Under the pieces are notes generated by a model, which saw only the letters and a program-made list of their open reading frames with translations, was not told the DNA's origin and did no database searches. The position numbers and the translations under genes were made by a program. A stretch of DNA of 63,529 nucleotides, filler included, from Lenisia limosa (Eukaryota > Protista > Breviatea): NCBI GenBank assembly GCA_001655205.1. It is 12 parts of 12 records of this genome, joined end to end, with 100 filler letters (N's around TTAATTAATTAA, not from the genome) between each part and the next. Parts side by side here need not be neighbours in the genome. Positions count along the whole stretch, not along the records: positions 1 to 30,241 come from LPNZ01006671.1; positions 30,342 to 37,850 come from LPNZ01007114.1; 10 more parts are not named here. The stretch is one strand, 5' to 3'. Shown here piece by piece: positions 18,501 to 30,870 of this stretch (position 1 is the stretch's first letter; every line of letters starts with the position of its first letter).

Positions 18501-21500
18501 CATCAATGCACAAAATGAGAAGCAGTAGTTAATTGACTGTTTTAGCCCTTCTCCACCTCCCTCTGTCCCTGGGCTCCCTCTTTCAAAAACTGTAGGGAGG
18601 TAATGAATCTTCTTCTGGCCATATTGTGAAGCTAGAACGATCATTTTGAATCCCCATTTCTCAAATTGTATCATTTATTTGATGACCGTTAAGGTACCCC
18701 ATAGTTCTCCTGAACCGCCACCGTCCAAAATCCCTACCCCGAGAAAACTCACTACCCCGTCACCCCGCAAGGAAGAACCCCTCCCAAAGTGAGCAGAGTG
18801 ATCTAAAGATCTAAATATTGTTGCATGGCATTTTAGTGACTACTAAATAAATGGTTTCATTCATATTGTCTGATCTAGCTTCTAATTACGACTCCGTGAA
18901 ATTAATTTGTTGAAGAAATTAATTGACAAAATTATAATTACAGTACCTGAATGGAGCTTGTATTAAAATACGGCCCACTTCAAATTTTGAAATCAATTTT
19001 TTAATTAATTGCACGGAATCGCTACTTCTAATACTGAAATTGACTCCTTCGGTTGCGTTTTCTCCAAAAAGAATAATACAAAGGGTGGTAGATCTGGGAT
19101 TCTGGACACTGAATCGGATATCATTAGGAACACACAATGCTTGATTCTAATCCGTGCCTTCACCTCCAAAGACCCGCGGCTCCTAGAAAAGCCTCGCCAC
19201 CTCCCCCTCCAAAAAGACCGCAAGAAGCCACTGAGGCTGTTCCTCCACCGGAACCGCAAATCGAAGCCGAGTTGGTGGAGAGAGTGGATCTTAGTATTTG
19301 CTGGTGTTGCATAGCATTCACATTTTTTTGTCATCAAGTCCATCAAAAACTCCTTTTCCCCTCTCAGGGAACCGTTTATATGTTTTATACGATATTTAGG
19401 AATGACACCCCCCCAATTCCAGAAGTCCACATTTTGGCCGCCACAATGACTGTTTGTCCATCCAGATCGAATTCCTAACTAGTACCAATCACATATTCTT
19501 TAACTCTCTTTTGACCTTTGATTGATTATGTGTAGGATCTTGACAGTCGGCCTCTTCCACCTCCTAAGGACGCGTATGATATCCCTGAGTCTCAACCTTC
19601 AAGTACCAAAACATCTGCAAGAAGTATGATAGGTGTTATGAATGTAATAACGTATCAGAATTCTTTTTGTGACTATATTAGCTATGCACTTTGTACCAAA
19701 TCGAAGAATAGTCCCCCTATAACCATATTGTATCTGAGGACTGTTGGAGACGCTGTTGTTATTCTCAAAATCCACATCACAAGATAACCCCCTTCTTCCC
19801 CTTAAAAGAAGTGCCAAAGATAATCCCCCAATCTTACCCTTTAACGCAAAGCAGCCCCAATCTTTTCCTTTCTACCCCGATGGGATGCGGTGCTGCAGAA
19901 GCGACTAGCCTNNNNNNNNNNNNNNNNNNNNNNNNNNNNNNNNNNNNNNNNNNNNNNNNNNNNNNNNNNNNNNNNNNNNNNNNNNNNNNNNNTTACCCCC
20001 CTCCCCCAATTACCCTTCAGGCAACCGGAGCCATGTGTCGGCTGCCACTGCCAAAAGACAGGCGCGGAAGGCCTTGGGCAACGGGTATGTTTGGATCAAG
20101 GGTGGCTCATAGTTATTATTTAGTATAAGATGGTGTCAGAGTACTTGTTACAATTCAGAATAGCACCAAAGAAAAAAGAAGAGCCCAAACCAGCAAGTGT
20201 TATGGGTAAGACTGGTAACCATTCCTCTGTATCACCCTATAGTACTCTAAGGTACTAATCTGATATTATTGTAATAATATTACATATTATTGATGTCTTA
20301 GTGTGAAACGAAGAACCTTGGGTTTGATTTTCTTTAGGAGGGATCAAAGTCGACAATATTGCTGCAAATGAACTTGAGAAGCATCGAGGCTTAATCAAGT
20401 TGGAGGGGGGGGGGGACCAGTACTTCGTNNNNNNNNNNNNNNNNNNNNNNNNNNNNNNNNNNNNNNNNNNNNNNNNNNNNNNNNNNNNNNNNNNNNNNNN
20501 NNNNNNNNNNNTATACTCATGAAATTTGAAATCAAAGTGCAATAATGTATTATATACTATACTACTATAGCAAAGTAACGCAAAAAGTTGTGTGCACAAA
20601 GTTGTAAGGCAAATGATTGGGTGAATTAATATTATACTATAATCCAATATCTCTAATAAGCGTGATGGTGTGGACGGCTTCGGTCAGATGCAACTTTATT
20701 TTTTATTTCTCATTGCTATATATCATAGTATTACTGCTGCAACCTGTTTATCTCTCAGTCTTTATGGCGAAGAAGTTGTTAGGGGTCTCTTCTCTCGAGC
20801 CTGGAACGCGAGGGTTAAGGCGCTCGAGGTGTGTTGTAAGGGTTGTTTATTAGTAGGGCTTTCGAGGATTTTTCGAGAAATTTGTCTTTTTTCGAACCGA
20901 AGGGAAATCTGTTTCATATAAGGTTGTGGAGGTGGGTTTTTTAGGGTTAAGCGCTGGAGATGGGTTGATGGGTATCCATTAGGCTCAATACGATGACCGT
21001 TTCATAATAAGCGATATTCGCCCTTGTTTTATTTCTGATTTCTACTATTGACTAAGTATCCTCAACAACCCCCCTTTTTTTTTATTTCTCTCTTTTTCTT
21101 TCCCCTTTATGAACAAGCTGGGTGTTGCTACCAGCACGACCATATTATTAAAGCTCCACTTTCGGTTCCAAAAAAGACTGAATTCTCGATAAACCCTCGA
21201 TAAATAAAGATATTTATAGGTTTCGGAACCGAAGGTGAAGCTCATATATTTTTATAATGAATGTAGGTCATCAAAGAAACTCTCGATAAAACCGAAAACC
21301 CCAAGAAAAGTTGGCTGGGGCTGAACTTTGGGATGTTTTTTCTTCTTGATTATTATATTGTACTTAGTTCCTTGGTCAGTTTACAATTTTATTCAGTATT
21401 TGTTCTTTTATTTTGCCGGTTTTGCCAAGTGTTTCAGCGTACAGACTGATTGATATTTAAACCACCAAACTCTCCATTAGTGGTAGTGTAGTCCGGATTC

Positions 21501-24500
21501 GGTGATAGGGTCCGTTACGGAGTTCTTGATCAACTTTCCAAAATATCAGCTACAGTTTTAACATTCATTGAATAGTTTGACTCAAATGTAAAAACAATGT
21601 GTTATATGATAGTACAGTACATATACATATTTGTTATGGGAACGTAATAACTTGGTGTATCCACAACAATTACGTAGGCCTAGGCCTACATAATTGTTGT
21701 GCTGATTTACATCGAAGCTACGAAGTACATGCTTCGCTACGGCCTCGATATCACCAATGTTGGAGTTTCCAATCCCAGGGAAGAAAGCAACAACTGCCTC
21801 TTGAAACAGGGCATCGGTTGCATTTGCCTCCTCACTGCACGAGCGAAGGCTTCGAGAGCATGGAGGACGTCACTCCCACGGGCGGGAGCATCCTTTATGA
21901 GGAACTCTATGTGGCGGACAGCAGCGCTGTGACTAGCAACAGCAAGTGTTACGGGTAGAGGACATTGGGGTAGTACACACCGTCATAACATATGTATGTA
22001 CACAGTGACCGGGATAAGTCTTGACCAATTTTCAATGTGATTTCCCAATAACAATCGGTCAAGACTTACCCAGTGGCCTTGATTAGCATTGTGCGCTGGA
22101 TGAGACCTCTCCTTCCCTTCTTGATTGGTGCGTTATTGGGGGACTGATAGTAAAGCAAACCAAATAGATTTATTTCTGAAGTACTGGACAAAACTCTTCC
22201 CTTTATTAAATGTTGTCTTTTTTTGTTTTCCTTTTCCTTTTCCTTTTTTTTTTTTTTTTTCANNNNNNNNNNNNNNNNNNNNNNNNNNNNNNNNNNNNNN
22301 NNNNNNNNNNNNNNNNNNNNNNNNNNNNNNNNNNNNNNNNNNNNNNNNNNNNNNNNNNNNNNNNNNNNNNNNNNNNNNNNNNNNNNNNNNNNNNNNNNNN
22401 NNNNNNNNNNNTCCCTCAAATGCCTTAACCAGTACATGTGGAGTTTGGGAATGCTGTCGCCTTCTCACCACCTTGACTTCTGAGGGGAATGTGAAGGTCT
22501 TGGGGGAGGTGTTAGGTGATGGTGATGTATCTTTTAAGCATGATGGTGTGGACGGCTTTAGCCGGATACAACCTTGTTTTTTATTTCTCATTGCTATACA
22601 TATATTATATACTATTCCTTTCTGGAATAATAAGACTATAATGTGGTGGAACTCAAACTGATTTTTTTTTTTTCAAATTTGAGCTTATTTTCCAGGTCTT
22701 TTCTGCTGCTGCATCCCTTTTTNNNNNNNNNNNNNNNNNNNNNNNNNNNNNNNNNNNNNNNNNNNNNNNNNNNNNNNNNNNNNNNNNNNNNNNNNNNNNN
22801 NNNNNNNNNNNNNNNNNNNNNNNNNNNNNNNNNNNNNNNNNNNNNNNNNNNNNNNNNNNNNNNNNNNNNNNNNNNNNNNNNNNNNNNNNNNNNNNNNNNN
22901 NNNNNNNNNNNNNNNNNNNNNNNNNNNNATCTATGGTGGAGGACTTTGCTTCACAGCTGGCCGATAAAATGGGTGACCCGAGTAAGCCAGATGGGTTTAT
23001 CGTATATTTTTTGTATCCATTTTCTGTTTTCGCTTGTTTTAACTGTTTCTTATTGTAGAATGGTGTACTATATAACGCTGCCACAGATCCGCGTCTCCGA
23101 GAAGTGACCATGCAAGCTCTGGAGGCGGCGGCGGCAGCACCTAATGTTGGCCCTCCCTATATCGGCTTTATCGTGACCAAATCTGAGATGCAGAATGCTA
23201 ACCAAGGCCTGGGAGTGAGGGGGGGAGGGCGTTTTGAGTGTTCATTGTAACTTAAATAAGGGTTGCTTTGAAACGACTCTACTTAGCATCGGTAGTCATA
23301 TTTGTCTTCAAACACAGAATTTAGGTTTATTTTTTTGGGAATGTAGAGAATGATTAGTTCAGCAACGGAAGACCGTGAAAAAGGCGCAGCAGCCGAGCCA
23401 CTTTGTTCATCGCCTTGAGCTACTCAGACGTCTTGTTGACCAGTGGGGGTGGTGCGCTAAATATATCATTTTTAGACGATGTTTTATTCATATGACCAGT
23501 TCATTCGTGTTTTATTGATGTTCTCATTTTATTCATATATATTTTTACGGACACAGGTACGGCTTCCGACCGCGTCCTGATGCAGGAAGCCAGGTGCGCA
23601 GTGGCGCAAGATCCGCGCTCGGCCACGCCAGCACTTACGCAGCGCCACGCAAGCCGTGGCCCCCTTATCAAGTGAGTGGGTGTTCCATTTTGATTCTGAT
23701 TTGTCTGGGTACTTTCATTGTTACTAGCTGATTGAAGAAAGAAGTGGGTTCAGCAATAGTAAACACAAACACTATTTTTATTCTTTCGTTTTCCAAATGA
23801 ATAATCTTGTCAGCATGGCAAGACCAGCCCGGGACTTGGTTTTGGTATGGTGTTTGGATTTGCCGTCGCATGTGCCCAAAGAGCCCAAATCGAAGTCAGA
23901 ACGGCGGCCAACAAACTTCTCGATATTGTGGGGTGGAGGGGTGAGGAGTGGATGGTGAAATGGGATTGTTCTTATCTGAAGGAAGGGAGATTGTTGCCAT
24001 GTTTGTCATATTTATTAGAAAGGAGCTCTTGTAATGGCTTTAGTCGTATCGAAGGGAAGGCAGACAGAGACTTGAGATGTTCATTCACAACCTCGAACCT
24101 CAGCCGAACACCTTAACTCTCGAGCGGATCGAAGTGGGCTACAATAAATTGACAATATTTGGCTTGAACGTGTCTGAAAAGACTGGTAAAATATAAAACA
24201 CACTCATTATTGTACTCCTTTAATATACTATAATGTTTTAATACTACATATCATATTCAGGGCTTTACTTTGGTTCGAAAAAAGACGGAATTTCTCGATA
24301 AATCCTCGAAAACTCTCAATAATTTACCAGTCTTTTTCTTACCGAAGTGCCTATTATATTTCAGTAATTCCGATCCATCTTCCCACATCTATTGCCTCAC
24401 CATCAAGGCGGTGTTCTTTGCTGTAGATGTGGAGCGAGACCCTTCTCTACTGAAGACTGAGGAGCCAGAAACGGTCAAGGATGACGCCATTGCCCTCCTA

Positions 24501-24990
24501 ATGCAACAGAAGGCTGAAATGGAAGCTCTTATCGCAAATATGGCAAGCCAGGTGAGGGGGGGGGTTGCTTCTGATTAATGATTCTTCAAGACTTCTTTGT
24601 TTCCAGTTTTTGATGTACGGTTTTGTTTTCCACTGGATGAAATTGTGATTTTCACTTTCAAGAACCAAGCACTTCCCACCGAAGCCCCAGAATCTGCGCT
24701 TGATAGTAAGGAGTATATGAATTTATCTTTCGATTTCTAACTTTTTAAACTGATAGTATGGGCATCAAGCACACTAATGAGGAGTGATGTAGTGTAGTGG
24801 TACAGAAGCGACTGGCCTGGGCTTTGTGTATTTTGTTGTTATCAAACCCCAGAGTGTTNNNNNNNNNNNNNNNNNNNNNNNNNNNNNNNNNNNNNNNNAA
24901 GCCAACAGAGTTGATTTTGGGGTTTTTTTTCTCGTAATTTTCCTTTTTGACTCATCCCCCCCAGGCACAATGACAACTAACGAGCTGTAA
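15587..24990 (+). CDS. CEP104: CEP104-like centriolar/ciliary-tip protein (jelly-roll, coiled coil, TOG domain); start approximate
   Basis: KRIPLEILETPGHEGSFAASSL...GIWRSQRFCSFPQEMVF, NLYNQVELHGFGVFGDP, VRYEDYKASK, EDYAAAEAAK, YGEEVVRGLFSRAWNAR, LADKMGDPNPRLRE, AQIEVRTAANKLLDI match CEP104 motifs in the expected order. Apparent stop TAA at 24988-24990. Some middle exons are unresolved. Confidence 0.78.
16503..16597. mobile_element. hAT-type MITE (TAGGG family), intron of CEP104-like gene
   Basis: TIRs TAGGGCTTCACTTTGGT / ACCGAAGTGAAGCCCTA; degenerate 8-bp flanks (5/8 match). Confidence 0.8.
20586..20720 (+). repeat. Dispersed non-TIR repeat X-Y (GTGTGCACA...TTGGGTGAATT + GCGTGATGGTGTGGACGG...T-tract), representative copy
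   Basis: Y core also at about 22538, 28132, 33054, 60096, 62797 (+) and 36660-36720, 37494-37530 (-); X also at about 60023, 62718 (+) and 33127-33167 (-). Confidence 0.85.
22003..22076. mobile_element. CAGTG-ended MITE (Tc1/mariner-like), copy 1
   Basis: CAGTGACCGGGATAAGTCTTGACC ... GGTCAAGACTTACCCAG; homologous to three other copies. Confidence 0.7.
24258..24353. mobile_element. hAT-type MITE copy
   Basis: CAGGGCTTTACTTTGGTTCGAAAAAAGAC...ACCGAAGTGCCTA with the internal TCGATA motifs shared by the family. Confidence 0.7.
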
Positions 24991-26497
24991 ATATCTTAAA
25001 GTTGATTTGAGAGAGTGTTATTGTTCTGAGAGTAATGTTTGTTTCCTGATTTTATGACTGAATTATTTAAGACCTTTATTATAAGAATAGGGGTTCACAT
25101 TACCAAGCTCTTGATAAATAAAGAGGCTATCAGATTGGACCTATGATATCTTAAATATAATATAGCATATCATATTAATCAATAGGGCGATTCTGGTTTT
25201 CAGATTTCAGATTTCAGATTTTGATTTTTTTTTTTTTTTGATTTTGATTATATTTATTTTATTTTTTTTTAGTGAAAAAGTATAGAAATTTAATAAAAGG
25301 ATAAAATAATCGATGATTTTGCTAACATTTTTAACTATCATGGTGATGGAGAGGAAGATAGCTACCTCAAAGTTTGTGCTTTGTGGAAACAGTGGCTCCC
25401 CAAGACCTTCTACTTCTTCATTATCTGTGTAGTATTAGATAAAACCAGCAAGTAAGGCTGAAATTCCTCTTCTTCCTCTCTTTCCACGCCCATAGGCCTC
25501 ATTAACTTCATAGACATTCTCAAACTCGTTCACAGGAAAATTATAATGTCAAATTTTCAAAATTTCAAAATAAAAAAAAAAATTGAAAAACAAATCAATA
25601 ATGAATCACCCAGAGATATGCTATATTATTACTATGGTATATTGATATATTATCTAGATATCAGTAATTGACAAAAAAAAATCCATTGGAAAATTGGGAT
25701 ATGGAAAATGGAAATGAGATAGGTAAACGACAATGAGGGGTGATTAGGGGACTGGTCGTGCGAAAAAGACAAATCCGAAATCTGAATCAACTTGCTCGGA
25801 ACTCTTATTTCCGGCCCGGGCTATATCTCTTTTCTCTGCACTGACTCTCTGCTTGTCTCTCTCTCCCTCCCCTTCGTCCTTTCAGCACACTACTACACCT
25901 TCTTTTCTTCAACCCCTGTAACCCCTTCCCCCACACCACGACCACTCCCCCACACACATTAACATGGAACAATAAATACCCACCTAGGTACAGATACATT
26001 AGAGGTTTCAGTATCAGGTTAACCTCCACTCACTGTGTATAAGCATCAACTTCCTCTCCTCTCTCCCTACAATATTGATTGATTGAAGCGAGAAACTAGA
26101 AGAAGAAGTTTTAGGTTGAGCTCCTCTTGTGGATTACCCCTGCGTTTGTCACGCTTTGATTAGTTGGTTGGGTGTGTGGACTGAGGAACAGCGCTATAGC
26201 TTCATTGAATAGATTCACCACATTTCTCATTTGCTTCAGGCTTCTATCCTAATAGTTCAATCTCGCTTTTCTTCTTTTTCTAAATATACCCATCAAATGT
26301 GAATTCGGCCTAATTTTTATTTTCATACATGAAAGTTGTCTGGAAGAAGCTTTATATATTGAGTGTAATGCTGGTTGCTTTTTTATTTTAGTGCATCATA
26401 ATTGAACAGCAAGTCTCCTGGGATGAGTGCATGTGAACCGTGTTGTTATCTTCCCATTGTTATAATATTTTAATATACTTCTAGATTGGAGTGAACA

Positions 26498-29400
26498 ATG
26501 AAGTTCTTTGAAGCCGTATCCGGCTACTTCTTATTCTTCTTTATTGGGGTAAGTCTGGCTTAATAGTGCCTTCTGTTTTCTATTGGGATGAGGGTGGCTT
26601 AATAGTGCTTTCTGTTTCCTTCGACCAACAGAGTGTTTGTTTTGTTTCATAGATTGCTTACGTACGCTGGAGTGATGGGATGCGGTGCTGCTGAAGCGAC
26701 TGGCCTGGGCTTTGTTTTTTTTTGTTTTTTTTTTGTTATCAACCCNNNNNNNNNNNNNNNNNNNNNNNNNNNNNNNNNNNNNNNNNNNNNNNNNNNNNNN
26801 NNNNNNNNNNNNNNNNNNNNNNNNNNNNNNNNNNNNNNNNNNNNNNNNNNNCCAGTTTGCCCCCTTCCTCTTAATCAACGCTCTTTGGGCCGAAGCACCG
26901 ATCCTCGAGGTGTGTGGGGCAGCCTTTTTTTTATTATTGAGAAATCATATTACTTTTTGGATCAGGTTCACACGTGTGAAGTATCATTTTCCACGCAGTG
27001 ATATGTTAACCCTTATCCACTAGTGATATGATCATATGACCGGCTTTCGAGTCGAAATGATGAAGGAAGATTACACGAGGGTGTTTCCCGAGTTTATCAG
27101 AGTATCATTGAGACTTGTCGTTTAATCATCATACGAGTGGATATGAGGTATCATATCACTGCGTGGAAAATGATAGTTCACATGTGTGAAAATGATCCAA
27201 AAAGTAATATGATGCTATAATTAACCGACAAGCCTCAATGATACTTTAATACAGTCGGGATGTACCCTCGTGCTATTTTCGTTCATCTCGAAAGTCGGTC
27301 ATATGGTCATACCACTAGTGGATATGGGTTAATATATACTACTATATATTAAGACGTGTTTGTATTTTCTGCCTTTTTGGAGCCGAATTGAAGCTCTACT
27401 AGAACATGGGGTCATGCCCGTTTTGAGTCGTTTTTCTCAAGCATGAACATGACGTTTTTATTCACTCCCTTCTCCAATAGAGCCAGCCAGAAGGAAAAAA
27501 GATCACATCATGGGTCGGGGGCATGTATAACGTTGCCAACGTTTTCCCATTTATCTACGTGGCAATTATCTCAGTCAAACGCATCCCGTGGGTGGTACTG
27601 GTATAGTAGATCATATGGCTATATGTACACTTGCACAAGTTTGCATGTCTATTTTTTTTTATTGAAATATCAATGGCGATCATACATATTTCCGCCAACT
27701 CGTTATGTTGTCTCGATATTGAGTCATGGATGTAATAAAGGACATATTGATTCACAAGCTCACTTCTTACGTCACAGTGACCATCTGACCACCATTGTTC
27801 TCTTCATCATCGGGGCAGTCAATGCAGTGGCCATTGCATTTTACTGGCAATGGACCGAAGACGTTAACGGATCGTGGGGAGGGGAGTAAAAATGGAAAGT
27901 TTAGCAAGATAACATTATCAACTCTTGGGGGGGGGGGNNNNNNNNNNNNNNNNNNNNNNNNNNNNNNNNNNNNNNNNNNNNNNNNNNNNNNNNNNNNNNN
28001 NNNNNNNNNNNNNNNNNTGTGAGGAGGGTATTTCGGGAATGAGAAGCAGTTATAGAATTAACAGAATAGGGGCTGTTCTGATGTGATGGAATAGGGGCTG
28101 TTTTGTCTTTATAATCCAATATCTCTGATAAGCGTGATGGTGTGGACGGCTTCTGCCAGATGCAACCTTGTTTTATTACTCATCCACTACAATCCCCAAG
28201 CTCACTTCTCAGAAACCACTACTGGTCTACGCTGTCATTCTCCTCTATGTGTATTATATGTACTTATAGAGAACAGCAGTTATTAACCCCCCAGGGAACG
28301 TTCAGTTGGAATCTGCCTGTTTTCCTTCATTGCTGGAATTGTCGGATGCACTGGTGTCCTAACAGTCTATTCATTTGCTTCTCCGTGGGAGGGGTATATA
28401 GGGGCTAAATGTATGTTTATGGGGTATGTGTGATGGGGGGTCTCATATTTATCAAGCTATGTAATTGCAGAAGATCTCAAACAGAGTTATTTGTCTGCTC
28501 TCGACTCAATCCTCATTTGTCTGCTCCCAACATTATCCTCATTCATCCAGCTACAAGAAGTTATTCGCGTCTGCTCTGAGCAGCGGCATGGGCGGGTCTG
28601 GCATTGCTGCATCTTTCTTTGCCATTTCTCAGGATGCGGGTGAGCAGCATATCTTGGACACTGAAATCCTTGACCAAACGCTGACTGGCCTTTTTTGCCT
28701 TGGTCAGGTTCATTTCTGCATATAATTTTATCAGGTTGTTTTTATTTGAGCATAGTGTGATTGGAGTTTTCTAAATACATATTAACATGTGATATGGCTT
28801 TTCTGACAATTACAACAATCAGGTGACTCCCCAAACTTCCAAATTTCTACGTATTTCTTCGTGGTTTCCGGCTTTCTCGTTTTCGGCATTATTTGCCTCC
28901 TCATTGTTCACAACACCGCAACCTACCAAGAGGCTCCTAAATCGGGTTAGGGGGGGAGGGGTACGTTCTCTTTCCATGTTGGCAAGGCAAGGGTTTTCAG
29001 TAGGGCTTCACTTCCGTTCGAAAAAGACCGGTACAATATTGATAGTATTCGAGGATATCTCTATACCGAAGTGAAGCCATAGTTTTCAGTTTTTCAGAAG
29101 ATTGGGGGAATACTACAACTTTCCTTATAAGATTATGTTGATTTCCTACCCATCTTCCCCTTTCTCCTACTCTATCTCAGAGAGTGAGTTTAGAAGCTAT
29201 CTGACTCTTTTTGTATTATTTTGTCTTTGGTGTTTTTTTTTATTATAATTATTCGGTTCGTGATTTCTGTCTTATCGCCGATACTCTTCATGAAATTTCT
29301 TTTTACTCATTTAGGAGATTCTCTTGTCGTCAATGATGGGCCAATTGAGTACACTATTGAGACTGAGACTGAGGAAGAGGTTTGCTTTACTAATTGGAAA

Positions 29401-30138
29401 AATTTGGTGCAACCTGCATCAACATGTCCACAGGTTCCTGTTGTTCTTTCTTACAATGTGAAGCCCATATTGTATAATATACCATTGTGAACAATCATCA
29501 TCCACACTGGTATGAATCCTTATAGTAATAATCTGACATACATGCAGTAATATGGATAAGTCTTGACATATTTTTCTTTTCCTCGTCACTGTATATCATG
29601 TCGCCTGTGCGTACGGAAAACAACAGGTATTATGTATTCTGACTGGGAAGGCTTTCTTGAGGGAAATATGATACTATCGGTAAAGATTCATCAAATTCAA
29701 TGTAATATGTACACGTATCCCCCGAGGTTTTATATTTTCTTCCTCCTGTCACCTTGGAACTCATTGATTCTTAGCCTCTTCTCGGAGTGGCAGCAGACAC
29801 CGAGCAAAGTGAGGAGAAAAAAGACGGGTTTGGCCAACTCCTTGTGACTGGCCATATTGCTATAGTAGGGAGGATGGTTGGTTNNNNNNNNNNNNNNNNN
29901 NNNNNNNNNNNNNNNNNNNNNNNNNNNNNNNNNNNNNNNNNNNNNNNNNNNNNNNNNNNNNNNNNNNNNNNNNNNNNNNNNNNNNNNNNNNNNNNNNNNN
30001 NTACGTATGATAAACAGCCTTAAAGATTATGAAAATTATGCACCATTTGCAGTTCGATAATCCCTTAGGTCGGCCTATTGCTGGCCTCTTTCATCAACTA
30101 CTTCATCTTTCCAAACTTCTTGCCTTTCATTGTCGAAG
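26498..30138 (+). CDS. SLC52-like (riboflavin transporter family) multi-pass membrane protein, 3' truncated by contig end
   Basis: FAPFLLINALWAEAP, QPEGKKITSW...NVANVFP, AIAFYWQWTEDVNG, ERSVGICLFSFIAGIVGCTGVLT, SSGMGGSGIAASFFAISQ and FQISTYFFVV align by eye with SLC52A (WAAVNGIWVELP, LPEGWSLPSY, LWHHVAPVAG, HSVAFLAL, GQGLSALL, FPASTFF). Confidence 0.7.
27006..27332. mobile_element. piggyBac-like non-autonomous foldback element
   Basis: TTAA|CCC...GGG|TTAA ends (27006-27009, 27329-27332). Arms 27006-27125 and 27219-27332 are long imperfect inverted repeats. Confidence 0.78.
29001..29081. mobile_element. hAT-type MITE with perfect 8-bp TSD
   Basis: TAGGGCTTCACTTC...GAAGTGAAGCCATA flanked on both sides by GTTTTCAG (28993-29000, 29082-29089). 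Confidence 0.92.
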
Positions 30139-30241
30139 GTTTGGAGGATAAGGACTATGTTTAAACCCTGCTTTGATTTTGTCAGCCCCATTGTTTCTAT
30201 TTCATTTCAAATTCATTATTCTGGTGTTCACCCCCCCCCCC

Positions 30242-30341
30242 NNNNNNNNNNNNNNNNNNNNNNNNNNNNNNNNNNNNNNNNNNNNTTAATTAATTAANNN
30301 NNNNNNNNNNNNNNNNNNNNNNNNNNNNNNNNNNNNNNNNN
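30242..30341. other. Artificial contig linker (first of 11)
   Basis: 44 N + TTAATTAATTAA + 44 N. Also at 37851, 40682, 41950, 43993, 48856, 50469, 51791, 58251, 61110 and 62422 (100 nt each). Confidence 0.98.
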
Positions 30342-30524
30342 AGCCCATACAAACACCTCCCCAAGGAGTCCCCATCACTCGAATTAACCACATGCAACAG
30401 GTGGGTATTGTGGGGGGGGGAAAAGACGGCAAAGTCTCTATTGTAACTGTAGATATGTAGAGATGGGAAATAAAAGTAGGAGATGACAGTGTGCTGGGTG
30501 AGTCTCATTTCTATCTATCATATT

Positions 30525-30626
30525 CAAGGCTTCACTTCGGTTTATAAAAAAAACCAGGAAAATATCGAGAGCTTTCGAGGATTTATCGAGAAATTCAGTC
30601 TTTTTTTGAACCGAAGTGAAGCCCTA
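30525..30626. mobile_element. hAT-type MITE
   Basis: TIRs plus TSD ATCATATT / ATTATATT (7/8). Confidence 0.88.
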
Positions 30627-30797
30627 ATTATATTACAATAAAAACATAGCCCCTTTCATAGTATCCTCCCACAGTCTCTAAGAAAACAAATAATTACAGC
30701 TTGCCTAACTCCGTAGATGCAGCACTATCAAATGCAAATCCTCCAACAGCAGCAAATGCTCCAACAGCAATACGTAAGCGCTTGTTTGGATCGGATA

Positions 30798-30870
30798 CAG
30801 TGACCAGGATAGGTCTTGACCGATTTGTTATGCGATTTCCCAAATTGATCAAGACTTATCCCGGTCACAC
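30798..30870. mobile_element. CAGTG-ended MITE, copy 2
   Basis: TA|CAGTGACCAGGATAGGTCTTGA ... TCAAGACTTATCCCGGTCAC. Confidence 0.75.

Noticed and set aside
20660-20705. tRNA gene or tRNA-derived SINE in module Y
   Set aside because: Only a weak B-box-like resemblance; no cloverleaf or convincing A box.
26653-26661. 9-nt micro-exon (IAY) that would make the Z-W repeat a complete intron
   Set aside because: Alignment to SLC52 (LFG-MGSWAAVNG) is gap-free without it, so the whole-intron interpretation is unsupported here.
30286-30297. Recurrent TTAATTAATTAA palindrome
   Set aside because: Always centred in exactly 88 N; an artificial six-frame-stop linker.
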